Shown here piece by piece: positions 1-7,702 of a DNA stretch of 13,852 bases (its first letter is position 1; each line of letters starts with the position of its first letter). The DNA lies in NCBI GenBank assembly GCA_041736305.1, contig JBGSTX010000156.1:1-13852 (forward strand), read 5' to 3'. The translations under genes were made by a program, and so were the position numbers. The notes beneath the pieces are model-generated. The model had not been told where the DNA came from, made no database searches, and worked only from the letters and a program-made list of their open reading frames with translations. Source of the DNA: Oligoflexus sp. (GTDB lineage: Bacteria > Bdellovibrionota_B > Oligoflexia > Oligoflexales > Oligoflexaceae).

Positions 1-483
1 TGTGTTCCGGCTGATGCGCTGCAGTTGAACCGAACGCAGCGGGAATATATTTTCAACGCAATCGGCGATTTTGATAAGTATGAACGCTTTTACAGCGACG
101 AGGCTTGTTCGAAACTGCTTTTGGAATACAAGGTCATTGGAACCGTCAATGCTCAAGGGAATGCTCCCGCTGCGACAGATCCAGGCGCGCAGCTGATTAA
201 CTTTAATGTTAACGATGCTAGCCTTAAGGTCGTATCAGAATCGCTGCTGCCTTATCTGAATGGGACTAAGACCTGTGGCCGCTCTGACTGGAGCGTTGGC
301 GAAGAGGTGCCCGTACTGAACGCTGATTGCTTGGGGTATACACTGAACAAAGGTGATGTTGTTGCCGATATTTATGATCTCGAAGGCGGGCAGCTCTATT
401 TTGGTAAAGGCTTCTTGTCTCTGGCTGCGGCTGGGGGACGGCCAGATGAACTGAATCGGGAAGTGCCTTATTCTAAGGAGTGA
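1..483 (+). CDS. 5'-truncated hypothetical protein, APCDD1-like domain (probably exported)
   Basis: The frame is open from base 1 (CVPADALQLNRTQREYIF...), so the true start lies upstream of the window; stop TGA at 481-483. The motif series C..R.Y.F, YSDEACS, INF, LN...CG...W.VG....V....CLG, LYFG, RP resembles the APCDD1 domain. Confidence 0.6.
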   Translation, partial: CVPADALQLNRTQREYIFNAIGDFDKYERFYSDEACSKLLLEYKVIGTVNAQGNAPAATDPGAQLINFNVNDASLKVVSESLLPYLNGTKTCGRSDWSVGEEVPVLNADCLGYTLNKGDVVADIYDLEGGQLYFGKGFLSLAAAGGRPDELNREVPYSKE

Positions 484-531
484 GATAGGGCGGCTGCCGA
501 TACGGGATCCACAGCTCTCTGGTTCGAGACT

Positions 532-792
532 TTAAAGCGCAATCAAACCTTGGATGTGAGAAGCTCGCTCATAGACATGAATGACTTCATCAGAACTATT
601 CATGCGCGTCTTTAAACTCACGGAAACGTAGTTGCCATTTTTTGACCACTTTTCCTGTACCAAACCCGTAGGTATGATGGCCATGAGCTCGGCCTTGCGC
701 TGCTCGGGAATCACAAACTTGAATAGATAAGCCGCGGGCCACTTGTGTACCGCATCGAGATGGATTTTTAAATTGTCGAAAAAGACTGTCAT
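532..792 (-). CDS. DUF493 / YbeD-like family protein
   Basis: 86 aa with WP..Y.FKF..P, S.NG.Y.SVS and C-terminal I.G.I.L, typical of DUF493. A weak AGGA SD lies upstream. Confidence 0.8.
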   Translation of the reverse strand: MTVFFDNLKIHLDAVHKWPAAYLFKFVIPEQRKAELMAIIPTGLVQEKWSKNGNYVSVSLKTRMNSSDEVIHVYERASHIQGLIAL

Positions 793-826
793 ACTTCGTC
801 CTACCTAGTCATTTATGACGTGCTTT

Positions 827-855
827 ATGCTAGGTTATTTTTGCAAGAAAATCAA
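827..855 (-). promoter_or_regulatory. Candidate sigma70 promoter of the DUF493 gene
   Basis: Minus strand reads TTGATT (855-850), N17, TAGCAT (832-827), about 35 nt upstream of the start. Confidence 0.4.
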
Positions 856-1008
856 GAAGAGGCTGTCTGTTTAGATCATATCGACATGCGTGATTTTTGT
901 GGTAGCCGTCGGACTTGCTTGATGAAAATATGAGATTAACGTTTACGTGGCCGTCTTGCTCACCCGGATCGGGAAGGGTAGAGATCCCCGCTGACAAGGA
1001 GAAGGGTG

Positions 1009-1503
1009 ATGGTAGAGGAGATTCAAAGTTCCAACGAGCACAAGCTAGAGCAGCTGGGCTCTGATATTCGAGATAAGTTGCGTCCTGCCAAGCAGGAGAC
1101 TCTCGATCACGCTTCCCATGATGTGAAAATGTTCGTGAGCACGCTCCATCAAATCGAACAGACCGGTAACGTCGATCTTATGGCGAATCTGTTCTCGGAA
1201 GCTTGCACCCTCTGGCGTCAAGCCTTCCTCGAACCTCACACAGGACTCGCAGGAGCGCGGCGCTTTTGGAAAGAGTATCTCGATCAGTTCGAAGCTATCC
1301 ACTCGCGCTTTATACAAGTCACCGAAGCCCAGGGCCTCCTCCTACTCGAGTGGGACAGTCAAGGTCAGCTCAAGGGCGGAAGGCCGATTCACTACACAGG
1401 CGTCTCCATCATCCAACTGGATGCAGAGCGCAAGATTCATAGTTTTAAAACCTATTTTGATTCAGCAAATTTCCTCTTGGCCCAGAACGGACAGCATCAC
1501 TAG
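1009..1503 (+). CDS. SnoaL-like / NTF2-family protein with N-terminal extension
   Basis: LFSE, G..GARRFW.EY..QF, LLEW.S.G, Y.GVSII, KI..F.TYFDS is a typical SnoaL_2 pattern. SD AGGAG at 997-1001 favours ATG 1009 (alternative GTG 1006). Confidence 0.8.
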   Translation: MVEEIQSSNEHKLEQLGSDIRDKLRPAKQETLDHASHDVKMFVSTLHQIEQTGNVDLMANLFSEACTLWRQAFLEPHTGLAGARRFWKEYLDQFEAIHSRFIQVTEAQGLLLLEWDSQGQLKGGRPIHYTGVSIIQLDAERKIHSFKTYFDSANFLLAQNGQHH

Positions 1504-1577
1504 ATGCTTTTCTCCGGACCTGGGCGTCGATGTAATATTGAGCCTTGTCTCAAACAAAGAAAGGATGGATAGAAATA

Positions 1578-1844
1578 ATGGTCCAATTCAACGATGCGGC
1601 CGGGTACGCTGCTGCACAGGATCTGGCTTCAGCGGCCAAGCAGAAGCTGCAAGATGTGGCTGGGCCTGCGGCCGAGCGAGTCGATCTCTTCCTTCGCGAC
1701 AACATTCATAACCATCCATTCCGTACCTTGGCTGTCGTCGCTGCAGGAGGATACCTTTTAGGACGCCGATCGCATACTATCCCCTGGGTGAAGCTCGCCG
1801 AGCTCGGCTTTAGCAACCTCGCCCTCCTGCGATCGCAACACTGA
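1578..1844 (+). CDS. Small ElaB/YqjD/DUF883-like tail-anchored protein
   Basis: Ala/Gln-rich helix followed by ..IHNHPFRTLAVVAAGGYLLGRR, similar to the DUF883 C-terminal P..(hydrophobic)..G.LLG.R motif. ATG 1578 is preferred over TTG 1545. Confidence 0.55.
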   Translation: MVQFNDAAGYAAAQDLASAAKQKLQDVAGPAAERVDLFLRDNIHNHPFRTLAVVAAGGYLLGRRSHTIPWVKLAELGFSNLALLRSQH

Positions 1845-1868
1845 GCTTTTAGAATGTCCTCAAGCTGT

Positions 1869-1906
1869 GCATGATGCTCTTCTGCCTGCGAAATAGAGCA
1901 TCATGC
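1869..1906. terminator. Perfect 12-bp inverted repeat between convergent genes (possible bidirectional terminator or RNA-stabilising hairpin)
   Basis: GCATGATGCTCT (1869-1880), 14-nt loop, AGAGCATCATGC (1895-1906). There is no strong U-tract. Confidence 0.5.
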
Positions 1907-1943
1907 TTCACGATAGAGGCTGAATCTTAGGCAAAGCTCTAGC

Positions 1944-2645
1944 TCAAGAAAAGCTCCTTCCTGAGAAGCGAAGGTCAGGAAGCTCCGAGGGAGGGAAGGA
2001 CGTCAGCTCTCTTGCTGCCTGCAAGAGCTGACAGACCTCCTCATCTTCGGTCTGCGTAAAATCCTGATACCACTGCCCCACGCTGTAGAAGTTTTCAGGC
2101 TGTATGAGGCAAATCATTTCATCGACCCAAACCCTCAAATCCGCACAGGCCCCGGCGGGTGCAAGCGGTACAGCAGCTATTAAAGCCTTCGGGCTGAGGT
2201 GGCGGAGAGCTTTGACTCCAGCGAGCATGGTTGAGCCAGTCGCGAGCCCATCATCAATCACAATTACGGTCTTGTCTTGGATCTGTACGGGACTACTCTG
2301 GGGACGATAAAGATCTTCCCGACGTTCGATCTCATGCCACTCATGGCTGGCAACAGCCTCAATAGTGTCGCGATCTATAGCCAAGGCCTCAATCACTTCC
2401 ATATTGAGAACCTGACCACCACCACTAGAAATAGCGCCCATCGCTAGTTCTTTATGTCCCGGCACACCGAGCTTTCGGACTATGAACACGTCGAGAGGTG
2501 CATGTAAGGATTTAGCGACTTCAAATGCCACAGGCACCCCGCCGCGCGGTAAAGCAAGGACTAGTAGATCGCTTTGATCGGCATAATTTTCTAGAGCAGC
2601 AGCTAGTTGACGACCAGCTTCGCTTCGGTTTTGAAAGGGCCGCAT
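1944..2645 (-). CDS. Putative phosphoribosyltransferase (type I PRTase, COG1926-like)
   Basis: F.NR.EAGRQLA, VLALPRGGVPVA, VRKLGVPGHKELAMGAI, PRPP-binding VIVIDDGLATGSTM and SVGQWYQDF.Q..DEEV. Strong SD GAGGAGG. Confidence 0.93.
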   Translation of the reverse strand: MRPFQNRSEAGRQLAAALENYADQSDLLVLALPRGGVPVAFEVAKSLHAPLDVFIVRKLGVPGHKELAMGAISSGGGQVLNMEVIEALAIDRDTIEAVASHEWHEIERREDLYRPQSSPVQIQDKTVIVIDDGLATGSTMLAGVKALRHLSPKALIAAVPLAPAGACADLRVWVDEMICLIQPENFYSVGQWYQDFTQTEDEEVCQLLQAARELTSFPPSELPDLRFSGRSFS

Positions 2646-2695
2646 AGGTACCTCCTCAAAAGCAGTCTCACAATCCGAGCAAGCGAGTTTGTCGA

Positions 2696-2711
2696 AGCAT
2701 AGTTTATGCCA
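2696..2711 (-). promoter_or_regulatory. Sigma54 (-24/-12) promoter upstream of the PRTase gene
   Basis: Minus strand TGGCATAAACTATGCT is GG-N10-GC, close to consensus TGGCAC-N5-TTGCW, 50 nt upstream of the ATG. Confidence 0.6.
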
Positions 2712-2840
2712 CGTGAATGTCCCACGCTATGCAGTCTTTCACGGAGGTCATCTTTGCAGAGGTTCCTACAGTTGACCTCGCTTCTTATTTATTGCATTGT
2801 GAGCTGCCAACCCCATGTTTGGACTAAAGGAATCTCTTTT

Positions 2841-3278
2841 ATGAATAAAATTTCATGTGTATTAGGACTGAGCTTTTTCAGTCTCTGCGCTGCTTCGGCT
2901 ATGGCTCAGGATGCTGATGATGGAATCGAATTTCCAGCTTGTATGACGCTGAATGAGGAAACTCTTACTGAGCCTGTTTCATTTGTCTGGAAAAACAGTC
3001 GCGACACTCCCGTGCACCTGCTCTTCTCCTATAAAGATACAGATGGTGTGTGGCGCAGTGACGACACTCTACTTCCCGCAAATGGCCAAAAACCAGTTGA
3101 GATCCTGAGTCGCTGCGTTTACTGGTATGCGAAACGCGGCAAGGCTATCTACACACCAAAGACTGAGAAAAACGCGATCAGCTCAGTGAACCTCAACTTC
3201 GACGGCAAGTCTGTGAAAAGCATTATGCTCGATCTCTCAGGCAACGAAGGCCAAAAATTCAGCTTCACGCTCAAGTAG
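2841..3278 (+). CDS. Secreted hypothetical protein, distant DUF1036-like
   Basis: ATG 2841 follows SD AAAGGA and begins a Sec signal peptide (MNKISCVLGLSFFSLCAASAMA|Q). The core N....VHL..SYKD.DG.W.S....P......I.SR.VYWYA recalls DUF1036. Confidence 0.6.
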   Translation: MNKISCVLGLSFFSLCAASAMAQDADDGIEFPACMTLNEETLTEPVSFVWKNSRDTPVHLLFSYKDTDGVWRSDDTLLPANGQKPVEILSRCVYWYAKRGKAIYTPKTEKNAISSVNLNFDGKSVKSIMLDLSGNEGQKFSFTLK

Positions 3279-3304
3279 CCTAAACAGCAGAAACTAAGGC
3301 TGAC

Positions 3305-3320
3305 GGCAGGTTCTCCTGCC
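3305..3320. terminator. Short GC-rich hairpin downstream of the secreted-protein gene
   Basis: GGCAGG-ttct-CCTGCC with no U-tract, so a terminator role is uncertain. Confidence 0.25.
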
Positions 3321-3362
3321 GAGGCCGGTTCGCAAAAGTCTGCTGAAACTCTGCTATTCTCC

Positions 3363-3391
3363 TTGCCCCAAGGCGTCCAAGTTGTTAGCTT
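3363..3391 (+). promoter_or_regulatory. Candidate sigma70 promoter of the nucleoside transporter
   Basis: TTGCCC (3363-3368), N17, TAGCTT (3386-3391), with an extended -10 TG at 3383-3384. Confidence 0.4.
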
Positions 3392-3416
3392 CGCTCCTTC
3401 TCTGAGCGAGGAATTT

Positions 3417-4679
3417 ATGACGCGAATGATTGGACTTTTGGGTATTGGATTTATTCTCCTCGTTTGCTACCTGCTGTCAGATAAGCGCAAATTAATTGAC
3501 TGGCGAACTGTGTTGATTGGCCTACTCCTTCAGTTGGTTTTCGCCATTAGCCTCATTGGGATTCCGGCAGCAGGAATTCAGGGACCTTTTTTTACAATAT
3601 TTTCGTGGGCTAATACGGCTATCTTGAAAGTGATAAGCGTCTCTGACGAGGGGGCTGGCTTCCTCTTTGGCGAACTCGGCAATAGCGACAAATACGGTTT
3701 TCTCGTTGCTTTTCGAGTCCTTCCGACCATTATTTTCTTTTCTTCCCTGATGGGGGTCCTTTACTACTTAGGCATCATGCAGCGGCTGGTCTATGGCATA
3801 GCGGTTGTCATGCATAGAACGCTCCGGATCAGCGGAGCAGAAGCTCTAGCGGCATCTGCCGAAATATTTGTTGGCCAGACCGAATCGCCTCTCATGATCG
3901 CCCCCTATATGAAAACGCTGACGAGATCCGAGCTTTTGGCACTCATGACAGGCGGAATGGCCACTGTAGCAGGGGGAGTTTTGGCTGCTTATGTAGGTAT
4001 GCTGCAGCCACTCATCCCGGAGATTGGGGCTCATCTCTTGACTGCTAGTATTATGGCAGCACCCGCGGCTCTTATTCTTTCGAAAATGCTCGTACCCGAG
4101 ACAGAAGTCCCAACGACCCTTGGCAAAGTGACTCTGATCGTCGAAAAAAACCATGTAAACGTTATTGATGCCGCCGCCCACGGTGCCAGCGAAGGGACGC
4201 GACTGGCTCTCAACGTCGGAGGAACGCTGATAGCCTTCGTTTCGCTCATGGCTCTCTTCAATGCAATTTTTGCCAAGGTAGGGGCCGGAGTGGGTCTCGA
4301 TATCCTAGTTGGGCAGAGATTCACTCTCGAGCTCGTGCTGGGTTGGGTCTTTGCCCCGCTGGCCTTTTTGATTGGAGTGCCATGGAGCGAAGCCGTACAG
4401 GTCGGTCAGCTGCTCGGTAAGAAGCTCGTGCTCAACGAATTTGTAGCCTATTTAGATTTAGCGACGAGCGGCAGCTCACTTTCTCAGCGCACGACTATTA
4501 TCGCCTCTTACGCCCTTTGTGGTTTTGCCAATTTTAGTTCGATTGCGATCCAGCTAGGGGGCACTGGCGGGCTCGTTCCCGAACGTCGAGGGGATATCGC
4601 CAGACTCGGTTTTCGAGCGCTTCTAGCCGGCACTTTTGCAACTTGCATGACGGCAGCCATCGTCGGTCTGCTCATTTAG
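3417..4679 (+). CDS. Concentrative nucleoside transporter, NupC/CNT family
   Basis: GLLLQLVFA, GAGFLFG, VLPTIIFFSSL..VLYYLGIMQ, IFVGQTESPL, GGMATVAGGVL, KKLVLNEFVAY and YALCGFANFSSI. ATG 3417 follows SD GAGGA. Confidence 0.96.
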   Translation: MTRMIGLLGIGFILLVCYLLSDKRKLIDWRTVLIGLLLQLVFAISLIGIPAAGIQGPFFTIFSWANTAILKVISVSDEGAGFLFGELGNSDKYGFLVAFRVLPTIIFFSSLMGVLYYLGIMQRLVYGIAVVMHRTLRISGAEALAASAEIFVGQTESPLMIAPYMKTLTRSELLALMTGGMATVAGGVLAAYVGMLQPLIPEIGAHLLTASIMAAPAALILSKMLVPETEVPTTLGKVTLIVEKNHVNVIDAAAHGASEGTRLALNVGGTLIAFVSLMALFNAIFAKVGAGVGLDILVGQRFTLELVLGWVFAPLAFLIGVPWSEAVQVGQLLGKKLVLNEFVAYLDLATSGSSLSQRTTIIASYALCGFANFSSIAIQLGGTGGLVPERRGDIARLGFRALLAGTFATCMTAAIVGLLI

Positions 4680-4760
4680 TTCTGTCTGAATTTTTCCATG
4701 TCAATAGATACTTAACTAAGCAAAGGCCTCGCTGAGTAATCATACCGGTGCTCGCAGAAG

Positions 4761-4788
4761 TTGACCTAGACCGCCATTAGACTAGAAT
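4761..4788 (+). promoter_or_regulatory. Candidate sigma70 promoter of the BON gene
   Basis: TTGACC (4761-4766), N16, TAGAAT (4783-4788). Confidence 0.45.
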
Positions 4789-4858
4789 TTCTAAGCAGAT
4801 GGGATAGCACGCCCGTCTTAAGAAAAGCGGAATGGACAACAAGGGAAGGGAAAATATA

Positions 4859-5362
4859 ATGGAACTCTCCAGGAAGTCCTCTATCAGCCGGCCAGCTTGC
4901 TTTCTAGCAGGTGCAGCCATTGGATCAGCTTATACCTTTTATTTCGATCCCGTCCGAGGCCGTGCACGCCGGGCTCTAACGCGCGACAAGCTCGTCCGAT
5001 TTGCGCATGATACTTCTCGTTATACCGACCGTCAGTTCAGAAATCTCAGCAATCGACTTCAAGGTGCGATCGCGCGCGCCAGCTCTCTGCTCCGCATAGA
5101 CGAAGTTCCTGACGACGAGACTCTCGTTCAGCGCGTGCGTTCAGAAATGGGCCGGAAGGTGAAAAATCCAGGTCTTATCGAAGTCACTGCGGTCAGTGGC
5201 TACGTGACGCTGAAGGGTCAGGTGGCTCTCCATGAACTCGAAGGGCTTATTCTTTGCGTTCGCAAAGTAAGAGGCGTGCACCACATCGACAATGAATTGG
5301 AAACGAGGGAAAGCCGCGAGTCCGGGGTCCCACTGTCAAGCGAATCTCGCGTCTATATGTAA
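4859..5362 (+). CDS. BON domain-containing protein with N-terminal membrane anchor (YtxH-like GA..G......DP..GR.RR)
   Basis: FLAGAAIGSAYTFYFDPVRGRARRA, then BON motif DDETLVQRVRSEMGR...IEVTAVSGYVTLKGQV...VRGVHHIDNEL. Start is ATG 4859 (purine-rich SD) or 4832. Confidence 0.88.
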   Translation: MELSRKSSISRPACFLAGAAIGSAYTFYFDPVRGRARRALTRDKLVRFAHDTSRYTDRQFRNLSNRLQGAIARASSLLRIDEVPDDETLVQRVRSEMGRKVKNPGLIEVTAVSGYVTLKGQVALHELEGLILCVRKVRGVHHIDNELETRESRESGVPLSSESRVYM

Positions 5363-5367
5363 GGCAG

Positions 5368-6288
5368 CTAGTCGAAACGTTTAATGTAGGAGCAGCGCTT
5401 GCAGAGTTCCTCGACCAGCTTGCCTTGAGCAAAGCCCTGGCGCATGGCTTCCGCGCGAGGGCTGGCGAGGATATCCTCTAGCGACTGTTCGTGGATGTTG
5501 CCGAGGGCGATGACGCCCTCCTTATCGAGGCAGCAGGGTACGACGGTACCGTCAACAAGAATGCCGATATGCGAACTCAGTCCATAGCAGCGACCTCTAT
5601 CGCCCAGATAGGGTCGCTCCAGTCCAGGCCAGATGAATTCAGTATCGAAGTGAAGGTAGAGCCGATTGCGAACCTTCAGACCTTTCTTTTGCCGAACGTC
5701 GATACTTGCAGGTGGCTGAAAGAGGAAGCGCTCTTTGATGGCCTCCAGCATAGCGAGGTTGGAAGAGCTTTCGCCTCGAGGGTCCGCTAGGTTCCACAAG
5801 CGATAATTGATATAGAGATCAGGTCGCGCCTCGAAAGCCGCCTCGGTAAAGCGGAAGATGCGTTCGAGATAGGCGCTAGGGTCCTGCTGCGGAAAATTAT
5901 CGCGAAAGCTATGCAGTGAGAAATTAACCTGACGGAAAGCAGGATGCAGCAGTAGGCGACTTGCCTTGCTGCGGAGAAGAACCCCATTGCTGACGAGGAA
6001 AATTCGCACTCCCGCGTCCGCCGCGATTTCTACTAAAGTCTCCAGTTCAGGATGGAGGAGAGGCTCGCCCATCAGATGCAGGCAAATTTCCTCGCTTAAA
6101 GGACCCGCAGCGGCCACTATTTTTTTAAAATCGTCCACGCCGATCAGGCCCTTTTGACGAGCGACCGGTGGACAGAAACTGCACTGCAGATTGCAGACGT
6201 TGCTGATCTCGATGTGAACTTTTTTAAAACGTCGAACTTCCTGAGGAACTCGATCCGTGTGCGGGATCTTTTCAAAGCTTTGCAGCAC
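5368..6288 (-). CDS. Radical SAM protein with C-terminal SPASM/twitch domain
   Basis: IEISNVCNLQCSFCP (CxxxCxxC), LHLMGEPLLHP and SNG; C-terminal CYG...GILVDGTVVPCCLD...LGNI...LCKRC. GTG start, exact position uncertain. Confidence 0.92.
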   Translation of the reverse strand: MLQSFEKIPHTDRVPQEVRRFKKVHIEISNVCNLQCSFCPPVARQKGLIGVDDFKKIVAAAGPLSEEICLHLMGEPLLHPELETLVEIAADAGVRIFLVSNGVLLRSKASRLLLHPAFRQVNFSLHSFRDNFPQQDPSAYLERIFRFTEAAFEARPDLYINYRLWNLADPRGESSSNLAMLEAIKERFLFQPPASIDVRQKKGLKVRNRLYLHFDTEFIWPGLERPYLGDRGRCYGLSSHIGILVDGTVVPCCLDKEGVIALGNIHEQSLEDILASPRAEAMRQGFAQGKLVEELCKRCSYIKRFD

Positions 6289-6407
6289 GCTTGGCTCGCT
6301 TCCTTGCAGATAAACAAAAGAGCTCTATCCTGACATTCTCTAGGTATTAGGCGGCCCGAAGCCAAAACGCAAGATCTTGTACCCCCTGCCTCGCGGCTGG
6401 GTAAAAA

Positions 6408-6416
6408 TGGTATAAT
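6408..6416 (+). promoter_or_regulatory. Perfect extended -10 promoter element upstream of the DUF3095 gene
   Basis: TGgTATAAT at 6408-6416, about 45 nt before ATG 6461. No good -35 element. Confidence 0.55.
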
Positions 6417-6460
6417 GGTCTCCATCGGGGCGTTCTCGGCATTTGGAGGCAAGCAGGCTA

Positions 6461-7630
6461 ATGGATTACCAAAAACTCATCTCTCTCAAGTCGGCCCAAG
6501 AAGCCCCCGCCAGTAGTTTTATCGTCTTGGCCGATGTGCGCGGTTCGACTGCTGCTATCAAAGCGGGTCGCTACCGCGATGTCAATATGATTGGGACAGC
6601 TTGCATTGCCGCCATTCGCAATAACTTTTCGGCTCGCCGTGTACCTTATGTCTTCGGCGGCGATGGCGCCACTTTCCTCGTCGAAGCCGATGACCTTGAG
6701 ATTTGCTTACATCACCTCAGCTCAGTGCAGCGACTGGCTCAAGGGAATCTCCGGCTCGATCTCCGCGTCGGCTATCTACAGGTCAGCAAAATCCGCGAGC
6801 TAGGGGGCGAAATTTTTTATGGTTTCCTCAGCTGGAGCGAAACGGAATGCCTGCCTTTCTTTCGCGGCGATGGTCTCAGCCTCGCTGAGAAATTGATCAA
6901 AGAGACTTTTCCTGACGAGCTTCCTCAGTGGAAGAAAGAAGATTCTGTATCGAATGAAGCCGTCAAGGGAGTCTCATGCCGACTTGAACCCTTCGCCTCT
7001 CTTCGTGGGAGAGTCTTGAGTATACTGGTCGAACCAACTGTGCCATTTCATGAAGAAGATGCCGTATTTCAGCAGATTTTCAGCGTGGTTCAGGGGCGTG
7101 GGACCATCGCTCGCCTCAGCCCTGTCACGCGGCGGAATATGAAGCGGGGCTGGGTCAACACCAGCTGGTGGGGAGAGGCACGCTTGCAAAGCAAGGCGAG
7201 TGGGCTCGGAGCGCTGATAAAAAGTTCACTGGCGACGCTGATCAGCTTTCTGCTCGTGAAAGCCCTCTTCCGCTTTCAAAAAAATACGGAGGTAATGGGC
7301 GACCCTGAAGCCTATACCCAGGCTCTCTTGCAGCAGTCGGACTGGATAAAGATCGATGGGACGCTCCGCTTAGTCATCGACGTCGAAGCGATCGAAGAAC
7401 AAGAACTACGCAAGGTGCTAGGCGAGTTGGAAGCTCAGGGCAAACTGCTCTATGGGATACATGCTTCGAAGTCGGCTCTGATGACTTGCCATTTTCAATC
7501 GGGGGTCGGTCAGCGTCACGTCCACTTCATTGACGGGTCGGATGGTGGCCTCACCCTGGCGGCGGTGGAACTCAAAAGAAAGAAAGTGAGCCAGTCGCCA
7601 GCTCCAGCTCTTTCAAAAAAAGGTGCCTAA
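6461..7630 (+). CDS. DUF3095 family protein (nucleotidyl-cyclase-like)
   Basis: VLADVRGST.AI.AGRYRDVNMIG.ACIAA, VPYVFGGDGAT, GDGL..AE, G.SCR, D..K.DGTLRLVID, YGIH.S..ALMTC and HVHFIDGSDGG.T.AA..LK. ATG 6461 follows GGAGG. Confidence 0.88.
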   Translation: MDYQKLISLKSAQEAPASSFIVLADVRGSTAAIKAGRYRDVNMIGTACIAAIRNNFSARRVPYVFGGDGATFLVEADDLEICLHHLSSVQRLAQGNLRLDLRVGYLQVSKIRELGGEIFYGFLSWSETECLPFFRGDGLSLAEKLIKETFPDELPQWKKEDSVSNEAVKGVSCRLEPFASLRGRVLSILVEPTVPFHEEDAVFQQIFSVVQGRGTIARLSPVTRRNMKRGWVNTSWWGEARLQSKASGLGALIKSSLATLISFLLVKALFRFQKNTEVMGDPEAYTQALLQQSDWIKIDGTLRLVIDVEAIEEQELRKVLGELEAQGKLLYGIHASKSALMTCHFQSGVGQRHVHFIDGSDGGLTLAAVELKRKKVSQSPAPALSKKGA

Positions 7631-7673
7631 ATTCTCGCAGCGGAAATTGTAGCCTGGCGACTTCCCCCTAAAA

Positions 7674-7687
7674 CGAGTTACAACTCG
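7674..7687. promoter_or_regulatory. 14-bp dyad immediately upstream of the dynamin-like gene SD
   Basis: CGAGTT-AC-AACTCG, followed by SD AAGGAGG at 7693-7699. Confidence 0.3.
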
Positions 7688-7702
7688 GCTAGAAGGAGGG
7701 GG

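Noticed and set aside
948..960. TGGCCGTCTTGCT as a sigma54 site upstream of the SnoaL gene
   Set aside because: GG-GC spacing is 7 nt rather than the required 10.
2706..2840. 45-aa N-terminal extension of the secreted protein
   Set aside because: No SD at 2706 and it overlaps the PRTase sigma54 site, whereas ATG 2841 has an SD and begins a clean signal peptide.
3363..3416. TTG start for the nucleoside transporter
   Set aside because: The region looks like a promoter. ATG 3417 has SD GAGGA and fits the usual family N-terminus.
5368..6288. Radical SAM as a viperin or RiPP maturase
   Set aside because: It lacks the viperin-type CNYxCxFCF context, has a SPASM/twitch tail, and has no credible adjacent precursor peptide, protease or transporter.
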